A stretch of 64,000 bases of DNA, from NCBI GenBank assembly GCA_045116875.1, contig JBGUMP010000018.1, forward strand, positions 6,807 through 70,806. Direction: 5' to 3'. Both the position numbers and the translations under genes were made by a program. The stretch comes from Elusimicrobiaceae bacterium (GTDB taxonomy: Bacteria; Elusimicrobiota; Elusimicrobia; Elusimicrobiales; Elusimicrobiaceae). Shown one piece after another: positions 56,614-64,000 of this stretch. Position 1 is the stretch's first letter; each line of letters opens with the position of its first letter. The notes under the pieces are model-generated. The model did no database searches. It was not told where the DNA came from and was given only the letters and a program-made list of their open reading frames with translations.

Positions 56614-56796
56614 AGCGTCCTCACTTCTGGGAGCAAAAAAGCGACAACTATAACATCCCTGGCTCTGCACATGCTTTTTCTTGCACTCCCAGCAAATAAT
56701 CACTAATTTTTAACTACACTATCATTCTAATAACAAAACAAAATTTTTTCAATAGTGAAGATTTGAAATAAAACCTGATTTATGTATAATGGAACT

Positions 56797-57030
56797 ATGG
56801 ACCGGTACCTAAAAGTAAAAGTGCACGCAGAAGAGAAGAAAAACAAGCTCCTGCAAAAAACGCCCGACACGTTTGAAATTTGGGTTAAGGCCCCGGCGCA
56901 GCAAGGCCGTGCCAATGAAGCGGTGCGCGCAGTATTGGCGGAACATCTAGGCGTGCCGGAAAATAAACTTTCGTTAGTAAAAGGGGCCACAAGCCCTGCT
57001 AAAATATTCTTACAAAGGAGCGAGACATGA
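56797..57030 (+). CDS. DUF167 (YggU/UPF0235) protein
   Basis: VKAPAQQGRANEA, LVKGATSPAK. Confidence 0.88.
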   Translation: MDRYLKVKVHAEEKKNKLLQKTPDTFEIWVKAPAQQGRANEAVRAVLAEHLGVPENKLSLVKGATSPAKIFLQRSET

Positions 57031-57095
57031 GAAGAATTATCTACATCATTGGTTTAATTGTTGTAATTTGGTTCTTGTGGAGACTTATTTTCTGA
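57027..57095 (+). CDS. Small single-TM peptide MRRIIYIIGLIVVIWFLWRLIF (22 aa)
   Basis: AAGGAG RBS, ATGA overlap with the DUF167 stop, ends just before the terminator. Confidence 0.6.
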   Translation: MRRIIYIIGLIVVIWFLWRLIF

Positions 57096-57097
57096 TC

Positions 57098-57127
57098 AAA
57101 AAACCCTGGTGAAAATCAGGGTTTTTA
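57098..57127. terminator. Bidirectional intrinsic terminator
   Basis: aaaaaaccctggt-gaaa-atcagggttttt. Confidence 0.75.
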
Positions 57128-57132
57128 GTTGT

Positions 57133-57549
57133 TCAGTTTTTGCCAAAAATATCGCTATTTTCTAGGGCGTTTAGTGCTTGGGTAATGTCGTTAACCACAA
57201 TAATCCAACGTGTAATGCCGTTTTTATCGGACGTGCCGTAAAAGGTGGTAATATTAATCCCGTTGTTGGACATTACCGCCCCAACATCGCGTAAAATACC
57301 CACCCGGTTGGGTAGATCCAAACAAATAGCATCCGTTTTAACGCTGGTAAAACCGGCTTTGGTCAAAATGTGGCTGATGCCTTTGTCGTGCTGGACGGCA
57401 AAGCGGACGACGGCGGCATCATAGCGTACATCTTGCGCCATGGCAATAATATCTACATTTTCGCGCACAAAAAGCTCGGTAAAACTTTTTAGCGTACCGG
57501 GCTCGTTAATCAAAAACACACTGTATTGCTTAACAATTGAAATAGCCAT
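57133..57549 (-). CDS. Tandem ACT-domain protein
   Basis: KQYSVFLINEPGTL and LPNRVGIL..GINI. Confidence 0.85.
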   Translation of the reverse strand: MAISIVKQYSVFLINEPGTLKSFTELFVRENVDIIAMAQDVRYDAAVVRFAVQHDKGISHILTKAGFTSVKTDAICLDLPNRVGILRDVGAVMSNNGINITTFYGTSDKNGITRWIIVVNDITQALNALENSDIFGKN

Positions 57550-57573
57550 ATCAAACCCTCTACCCACATTATA

Positions 57574-59067
57574 CTATAGATTTTCCGGTTCTAACACGTC
57601 AGCTTTTCGCAAAGCATCCTCTAAATATAACATGGCTTTGCAATCATCCTCGTTGTACATCAAAATCTTATTAAGCAAATCTTGCTCGCCCGTTTTGAGC
57701 CAGTTGGTAAAATAGACCATACTGTCCATAGCCCCGCAATCGTCTTGCCGCCATTCAAACCCAAACGCGGGGGCGGCGGCCTTGAGCGAAAAACTGGGCG
57801 AAGGCAGATAAAAACTATCGTTGACCGTTACTTTAAGGTCGTGGCATAATTCGCACAGTGCGTTTAGATGGGCGGCCTGTTCGGGTGGGGCAACGGCGGC
57901 TAACTTGCGCATTTTGCGTACTTCGTATTCGGTCCAGTGATACAAAACAGTATTTTGGAAATCTTTGATATAGTTGTAAAATTGTTCAAAGATGGATAGT
58001 TCTTCTTCGGGTGTTTTGGCCACAAACGAAATGTATTTCTCTTCTTCTTTATCCCATATGCCGATTAAGTACACAAAAGATTTATTGTCTTTGGTGAAAG
58101 TTTCGGTGGCTTCAAAGTCGAAGTACAAATTGTATTTTTTTACAGGAGGCGGGAACTTACCTTTGTTACGCCAAATGGGTTTATTGTATAAGTAAGCGCG
58201 CGCATTGTAATATGTTTCCGTAGCGTAAGGTTCTTCTAAAATTTGTTGCAACGTTTCCAGCGAAGCGTGCGCCACATCATCCGTATTAAATAATCCGTTA
58301 ATTTTTAGGCATTGGCGCATTTCTGTATTTAAATGTGGCAGTAATACCAGGTTTTTGGAATGCACCATTAGTTTATTAGCATACACGCGCCACGGAGCCG
58401 CGGCCCCCTTGGGCGGTTTGTGGGCCTCGGGCTTGGCTAGCCCGGTGCGGATGTTATTCCAAAATATAAGTTCCGTAGTTAAACGTTCTTGATGATCGGC
58501 CTGTAATACGTCCACGGTATGTCCTTTTAAAAATACGCGCGTAGAAACGGGGGTAAACTGTTGGATTTGCCCCAGAATTTGGTTTAACAAAACCACTTGT
58601 AAAGAGTAGTGTTCCTTCAAATCGTGGGCACGCTTGAATTGAAAAATGGTGTAGTAGTAATCCCCTAAGCGGCTTTTGCCTTCTTTACGCACCAGTAAGT
58701 TGACCCCACCGTACACATGTTCCTTTAAGTTCCACAAACACGCGTTTGCGATGGCGCTTTCGCCCCGGGCCATGGCGGCCAGGGTCGCTTTAAAGCGTTC
58801 CGTATCGTTTTGCGCAGCTATAAAATACACCGTGGGAAATTCTTCCCGGATCCACGCATCCCGTGCGGAGCGGTCCGTGCGGACTTTTAAATTCTCGTAT
58901 CGGTTTGTTTCGGGGACGGCCTCTTCTTGCGGGGCGTGAAAATTACACCAAATGCTGAAAGGATCTTCCAGCAGGGTAAACATTCGGCTGGCGTTAAAAT
59001 CTCCCAAGCCGGGGGTTCGCCCATCACTCAACGTGGCAAATAGTTGGTCAACCTCTAAATCAGTCAT
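57574..59067 (-). CDS. TM0106-family RecB-like nuclease with RNase H-like C-terminal domain
   Basis: LYFDFEA, YHWTEYE, SFSLKAAAPAFGFEWR, YNEDDCKA. Confidence 0.8.
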   Translation of the reverse strand: MTDLEVDQLFATLSDGRTPGLGDFNASRMFTLLEDPFSIWCNFHAPQEEAVPETNRYENLKVRTDRSARDAWIREEFPTVYFIAAQNDTERFKATLAAMARGESAIANACLWNLKEHVYGGVNLLVRKEGKSRLGDYYYTIFQFKRAHDLKEHYSLQVVLLNQILGQIQQFTPVSTRVFLKGHTVDVLQADHQERLTTELIFWNNIRTGLAKPEAHKPPKGAAAPWRVYANKLMVHSKNLVLLPHLNTEMRQCLKINGLFNTDDVAHASLETLQQILEEPYATETYYNARAYLYNKPIWRNKGKFPPPVKKYNLYFDFEATETFTKDNKSFVYLIGIWDKEEEKYISFVAKTPEEELSIFEQFYNYIKDFQNTVLYHWTEYEVRKMRKLAAVAPPEQAAHLNALCELCHDLKVTVNDSFYLPSPSFSLKAAAPAFGFEWRQDDCGAMDSMVYFTNWLKTGEQDLLNKILMYNEDDCKAMLYLEDALRKADVLEPENL

Positions 59068-59129
59068 TACCTCTATTCTAGCTTTTTTAGCGCAGGAAAG
59101 AAACCCGCTAGATGTGATATAATAAAAAT

Positions 59130-59654
59130 ATGGCAGTTTTACGCATCACGAAATACGGCGAACCTATTTTGCGCCAAAAACTAAAACCCGTTAAGTACGA
59201 GGACATTGCCCCCAAGTTGCCCAAATTACTGGCCGACATGGAGGAAACCTGTTTGGCGGTGCGTGGAGTAGGACTAGCGGCCAATCAAATTGGGTTGGAT
59301 GTGCGCTTGGCCGTTATTTTGCTGCCCAATCCTGAAGATGAAAACTTACCCCCTACGCGCTACGTAATTATTAATCCGGTCATTTTGGCTAAACGTGCCG
59401 AAAAGATCGAGGAAGAAGGGTGTTTGTCTTTGCCGGGGTTGTGGGCGGAAGTGCCCCGCGCCACGGATATTACCATCCGCTATACGGATGAAAACGGACA
59501 AGAGCAAGTAAAGCGTGCGCGCGGATTATTAGCCAAAGCTTTCCAACACGAAGTGGACCATTTAGATGGAAAGCTATTTGTGGATTTGGTGGATCCTAAA
59601 CTAAAGCCCGAAGTCAAAAAAATCATCAAAAAATTACGCCCCAAGTGGGACTAG
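59130..59654 (+). CDS. def: Peptide deformylase
   Basis: GVGLAANQIG, EEGCLSLPG, QHEVDHLDG. Confidence 0.97.
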   Translation: MAVLRITKYGEPILRQKLKPVKYEDIAPKLPKLLADMEETCLAVRGVGLAANQIGLDVRLAVILLPNPEDENLPPTRYVIINPVILAKRAEKIEEEGCLSLPGLWAEVPRATDITIRYTDENGQEQVKRARGLLAKAFQHEVDHLDGKLFVDLVDPKLKPEVKKIIKKLRPKWD

Positions 59655-59666
59655 CCGCCCTTACGT

Positions 59667-61082
59667 ATGCTTGACGATTCTTACTCTACTTTGTTGCATA
59701 TTTTAAAATGGCTTTTGCTGGCCACATTGATCGGTGTGATAGTAGGCCTGTGTGATGGGGTTTTTCTAAAATTATTGGATATGGCTTTAGGAGTACGTAA
59801 TACAATCCCCTGTTTTTATTTGGCGCTTCCGTTTTGTTTGTATGCAGTGGCCTTGCTTTCCCGCAAGCTGGCTAAATTCCACAAAGATTATTCTACCGAC
59901 GCTGTTATCAAACGCATTAATGCCTATCAACCTGTGTCACTCTGGTCTGCCGTCAAGACATTTGTGCTGTCTATCGTAACTATGGCAGTAGGGGGATCTG
60001 CCGGTAAAGAGGCCCCGTGTGCCGACGTAGGGGCGGGAATTTCGGCCTTCATTGCGCGGGTGCTGAAGGTAAGTCCGCAAGACCAACGCAAGATGATGAT
60101 TTGCGGCGTGAGTGCTGGGTTTGCCGGCGTGTTTGGCGTGCCGGTATCGGGCGCACTGTTTGGTCTGGAAGTGTTGTGGGTCGGCCATTTGTTTTATGAA
60201 GTAATGTTTCCGGCCTTGGTGGCGGGGATTACGGCGTATGGGGTCACTTCGTACTTGGGTGTAAATTACTTGTATCATCCTTTGGCGTTTATGCCGGTAT
60301 TTTCAGAACAGTTTTTCCTCAAAGTAGTGGTGGCCGGTATCTTCTTTGGATTGATATCCATTTTATTTATTGAAATAAATAAATTGGCGCGTGTGGTGTT
60401 GCGCTATGTGACCGTACGTAGCAATATGTTCATCACCTGTATGCTGGGTGGGTTGGTGTTGGTGCTTATCGGGCATTTTGTATCGCCTCTTTATTTAGGG
60501 TTAGGAATGAGTGGCATTGAAGAGCCATTAAGCGGTGTGGCGTTGGGGTCTCCTTTTGGATTTTTGTACAAAATGATTACTACCTCGGTCACCTTGGCTG
60601 CGGGAGGAATCGGCGGGTTGGTAACGCCTATCTTTTTTGTGGGAGCGCAGGCCGGGGCAATGCTATCCGAATTTTTGCGGGTAGATAGTGCCACGTTAGC
60701 GGCGCTGGGCTTGGTGGCTGTATTGGCCGGTACGGCAAATACACCGCTGGCCGCCAGTATTATGGCTATTGAACTGTTTGGCGCGCCGATTGCGCCCTAT
60801 GCTACCGTGGCGTGCGTCATCAGTTTCTTGATGACGGGGCGCCAGAGTATTTTTCCGCATCAGCGTATTTCTTGGGATAATGGAAAAGAAGTTCACGCCA
60901 CTGCCTCTTATAATGGGCCGGGCCGCCGTGCAACGGATCAACCGCAACTTCCTTCCCGTGCGTTGGTAACCACCCAAATGCGCCACCGGGTCAAACGGTT
61001 TTGGCCGTCACGCATGACGCGCAAAAATGTAATTACGCAAGGGCGCACCTGGGTAAGACGTGCCCTACGCAAAAAGAAATAG
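59667..61082 (+). CDS. ClC-family chloride channel/transporter
   Basis: GGSAGKEAP, GGLVTPIFFVG, ANTPLAASIMAIELFG. Confidence 0.92.
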   Translation: MLDDSYSTLLHILKWLLLATLIGVIVGLCDGVFLKLLDMALGVRNTIPCFYLALPFCLYAVALLSRKLAKFHKDYSTDAVIKRINAYQPVSLWSAVKTFVLSIVTMAVGGSAGKEAPCADVGAGISAFIARVLKVSPQDQRKMMICGVSAGFAGVFGVPVSGALFGLEVLWVGHLFYEVMFPALVAGITAYGVTSYLGVNYLYHPLAFMPVFSEQFFLKVVVAGIFFGLISILFIEINKLARVVLRYVTVRSNMFITCMLGGLVLVLIGHFVSPLYLGLGMSGIEEPLSGVALGSPFGFLYKMITTSVTLAAGGIGGLVTPIFFVGAQAGAMLSEFLRVDSATLAALGLVAVLAGTANTPLAASIMAIELFGAPIAPYATVACVISFLMTGRQSIFPHQRISWDNGKEVHATASYNGPGRRATDQPQLPSRALVTTQMRHRVKRFWPSRMTRKNVITQGRTWVRRALRKKK

Positions 61083-61130
61083 CCCTTCTAATTTGGTATA
61101 ATTGAAATATACGATTCTGAGGGGTTTTCT

Positions 61131-61718
61131 ATGGATTCTTTCATTTCATCTGTTATCACGTTAGCGTTAGTTATGGATGGGTTTGGTAACATACCTCTTT
61201 TCATTGCTGCGCTTAAAAAAGTATCACCCGAACGCCGTACCTTTGTCATCTTGCGCGAGTTGCTAATCGCGCTGGGCATTATGGTGTTTTTCCTTTTCTG
61301 CGGAAAATGGTTTTTGCGCGCCTTTGGTATCCACTCCTATTCGTTAAGTGTGGCGGGAGGAATTATCTTGTTCCTCATTTCCATTAACTTGGTGTTTTCT
61401 ACCGACGACAGCACCGAACCTAAAAGCGACCCAAAAGACGAGCCCTTTATCGTTCCGTTAGCCATTCCGTTGGTGGCGGGGCCGGCCGCCCTGTCCATGG
61501 TGCTTATTTTGGCGGCGCAACATAGCAAAATGGTTACGTTAGGGGCTGTATTGTGCGCTTCCGTCATTAATATGGCTATTTTGATGTGCTCCTTTCCGCT
61601 TAGCAAACTCTTGGGCCAACGCGGGCTTACCGCCATTGAACGCTTGACGGGTATGATCTTGATTTTGATGTCCGTGGATATGGTGTTAGGTGGTATTGCG
61701 GAGTTTGTAAAACTATGA
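61131..61718 (+). CDS. MarC-family membrane protein
   Basis: MDGFGNIPLF, IVPLAIPLVAGP, ERLTG. Confidence 0.92.
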   Translation: MDSFISSVITLALVMDGFGNIPLFIAALKKVSPERRTFVILRELLIALGIMVFFLFCGKWFLRAFGIHSYSLSVAGGIILFLISINLVFSTDDSTEPKSDPKDEPFIVPLAIPLVAGPAALSMVLILAAQHSKMVTLGAVLCASVINMAILMCSFPLSKLLGQRGLTAIERLTGMILILMSVDMVLGGIAEFVKL

Positions 61719-62866
61719 AAAAAAGTTTGTTAGCCGCTGTTTTACTGGCCTTATCTGTTTGCGCCTGGGCGCAGGATAAAGTGGAGTATGTGCTTTTTGT
61801 AAGCCCGTCGTGCGTGCATTGCAATAAATTAAAACGCGAGTATTGGCAAGGATTAAAAGAAAAATACAAAGATACCGTACATTTTACGGAATATGATATT
61901 ACCATCCCGGAAAATAATTTGCTTTTCAACCAAACGGCCGCCGCATATGGAATTGAAGAGGATAAACGGGGTTACCCGGCAGCAGCGGTGGGCAGTACCT
62001 ATTTAATGGGGTACCCTTCCGAAATTGGAACGTATTCCGAGGCGGCTATCGAAAAAGCCCAACTGTTGGGCGAAAAAACAAATGTGCGTACCCTTGCGGC
62101 CGATCAGGTACAGCAAAGTGCTCAACAAGCATTCAAAAAAATTACGTTTTGGGCAATTATCGGCAGCGGGTTGGTGGATGGAATTAATCCCTGTGCGTTT
62201 GCCGTAATCGTGTTCTTTATTTCCTTTCTCACCGTCTATAAATATAGCCGGCGCGAAATTATTTTAGTGGGTGCTTCCTATTGTGTGGCAGTCTTTGCGG
62301 CGTACTTGCTGTTGGGATTGGGCGTATTTAAATTCTTATATGCCATGCGCGGCTTTGCGTACGTGATTAAGGCATTCTATATTATCACAGCGGCGTTGTG
62401 TTTGTTGTTCTTTGTGTTGGCTATTTACGATTTTATTCTCTACAAAAAAACCAAAAAGACCGACGGTATGTTATTGCAATTGCCGCACGGCCTAAAAGTA
62501 CGCATCCATAAAATTATGGGGTTCTTCCTGCGCGATAAACAAAAAAGCGCCGTGCGTTTGGTGTTGGCCGCGTTAGCAGTTGGGTTTTGTGTGTCGTTGG
62601 TGGAAGCCGTATGCACGGGGCAAGTATATGTACCTACGTGTGTGCTCATCATGCAGGACCCTCATTTCCGTGTGCGTGCCGCGTTCTATTTGGTGCTATA
62701 TAACCTGATGTTTATTATCCCGTTAGTAACGGTATTTGTACTGGCGCTGTTGGGATATGAATCCAAAGGGTTTAATGACTTCTTAAAAAAACACTTGGGG
62801 CTGATGAAGATCTTGCTATGTTTGGTATTTTTGGCCCTGTTTGTTTTGCTACTTGGAAATATTTAA
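61715..62866 (+). CDS. Periplasmic thioredoxin-like domain fused to CcdA/DsbD-type TM domain
   Basis: Signal peptide, CVHC, DGINPCAF and EAVCTGQVY Cys motifs. Confidence 0.8.
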   Translation: MKKSLLAAVLLALSVCAWAQDKVEYVLFVSPSCVHCNKLKREYWQGLKEKYKDTVHFTEYDITIPENNLLFNQTAAAYGIEEDKRGYPAAAVGSTYLMGYPSEIGTYSEAAIEKAQLLGEKTNVRTLAADQVQQSAQQAFKKITFWAIIGSGLVDGINPCAFAVIVFFISFLTVYKYSRREIILVGASYCVAVFAAYLLLGLGVFKFLYAMRGFAYVIKAFYIITAALCLLFFVLAIYDFILYKKTKKTDGMLLQLPHGLKVRIHKIMGFFLRDKQKSAVRLVLAALAVGFCVSLVEAVCTGQVYVPTCVLIMQDPHFRVRAAFYLVLYNLMFIIPLVTVFVLALLGYESKGFNDFLKKHLGLMKILLCLVFLALFVLLLGNI

Positions 62867-62867
62867 T

Positions 62868-62900
62868 CTTAAAACCCCGCCACGCAGGCGGGGTTTTAAG
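62868..62900 (+). terminator. Intrinsic terminator
   Basis: cttaaaaccccgcc-acgca-ggcggggttttaag. Confidence 0.8.
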
Positions 62901-63181
62901 TTAGTAAGTGGCATATCTTGGCAGACCCTAGTTAATGTAAAACCTTTTTTATAGGTTGTTGCCTTTTCATCGAGAAATCAAACATTCTTGCAAATCTCTT
63001 TCTACGTCACCTTTGTGCCGGCAAAAAAGGATCCAAAACCTCGCCGCCCAAGCTTACAAAAAGTATTTCGCCGCGGAGCAAGATGTGTGTTTCCTAAGGC
63101 CTTGCAAAACAGCCAAAAACTCATTATACTTATTATAAAAGGGTTAAAGCCCCCTTTGCGATTGGCAAAAGGATACAACTT

Positions 63182-63636
63182 ATGAAAATTTTACATTAAT
63201 TGAGCTACTGGTAGTAGTGCTTATTATTGGTATTTTGGCTTCCATTGCCTTGCCGCAATATACTAAGGCAGTGGAACGAGCCCGTATGGCCGAAGGCGTA
63301 CAATATTTGGATAATGTAGTCAAAGCACAAAATATCCTCTATATGCAAACAGGAATGTTTGCAAGAAATCTTAATGAGTTAAATACGCTCGGAGATATAA
63401 CAGTGCCTGATGTTGGAGATTCGTGGACAAACCTGGGATTTGCTGACAGTTTACATAGCGACTTCGGTACGGGGAAAGGAGCGACATTACAAAGACATGG
63501 TGGAATGTTTGATGGAGGAACATTGACAGCTGTTGTTTATCCGGATGGAACCTCATCCAAACAATGTTTACCTTTCGGCGAGACCGTAGCGTTTTGTGAT
63601 ATGGCACGAAATTTTGGATATGTCATGAACGAATAA
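63182..63636 (+). pseudogene. Type IV pilin-like gene with frameshifted start and no Gly(-1) codon
   Basis: RBS-ATG at 63182 reads ATG AAA ATT TTA CAT TAA; the FTLIELLVVV..PQY frame has no upstream in-frame ATG. Confidence 0.7.
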
Positions 63637-63660
63637 ATTAGTTTTTGGCAAGAATCATAC

Positions 63661-63690
63661 AAGGCATCCACAAACAGTGGATGCCTTACT
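63661..63690 (+). terminator. Intrinsic terminator-like hairpin
   Basis: aaggcatccac-aaaca-gtggatgcctt. Confidence 0.7.
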
Positions 63691-64000
63691 CTTTCTAAAT
63701 TTGCGCGCCCTTACTACCGTGCGTGCGCGGGTTAGGAGTTCAATTCAAACCTAGCGGGCGCAAAAAAGGGACGCTTGCGCGCCCCAAAATGCCTAGGAAA
63801 ATTGTAAAAAAATGGCGCCCTCTAGGTGCGCCAAACTACCGACGAGCGCGTGTCCACTATAGTGTACCATAGTTCTTATACTCCGTTTTCGTATTCCGCC
63901 ATGTCATTTTCTACTTTGGCTAGTTCGAGTTTCACACGTGCGTAGCAAGGATTAGCGACTTTTGGGAATTTCGCCCTACGTGCCAAAATACCCTACATGC

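Noticed and set aside
63876-63995. Short minus-strand reading frame ending ...MAEYENGV*
   Set aside because: An in-frame stop lies just upstream and there is no clear start or homology.

Overview
Bacterial chromosomal window of moderate GC. The dispersed PilE-like pilin paralogs and overall gene style suggest a gut Elusimicrobiota (Elusimicrobiaceae-like) genome; this is inference, not a search result. The backbone is housekeeping: clpC (partial), kdsC-tmk-holB-metG, rdgB, valS, tRNA-Ser(GGA), recG, rpsU-dnaG-rpoD, acyl-CoA dehydrogenase/etfBA, PIN-TRAM/ispDF/cysS, rpsF-ssb-rpsR-rplI, gpmI, def. Small accessory islets of exported proteins sit between these operons. The main ones are a tandem array of five signal-peptide-bearing metzincin-like Zn proteases (24.8-31.6 kb), two signal-peptide-bearing peptidase T paralogs, ankyrin genes (one broken by three homopolymer frameshifts), a Cys-paired 35-aa YD-like repeat lipoprotein, a caspase/legumain-fold peptidase and three pilins (one with a broken start). 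The best candidates for something undescribed are (i) the five-protease array, whose third Zn ligand is Asp/Glu and whose longer members carry a YD-like module, and (ii) a recurrent TAGGTC-N4-GACCTA dyad placed 77-79 bp upstream of three accessory genes, a candidate regulon. Also seen: a phage-replication-protein-like relic with hexamer microsatellites, a MITE-like hairpin abutting the tRNA-Ser 3' end, an AdhR/NmlR-type MerR promoter and an unannotated 22-aa membrane peptide. No CRISPR array, rRNA, integrase or transposase was seen.
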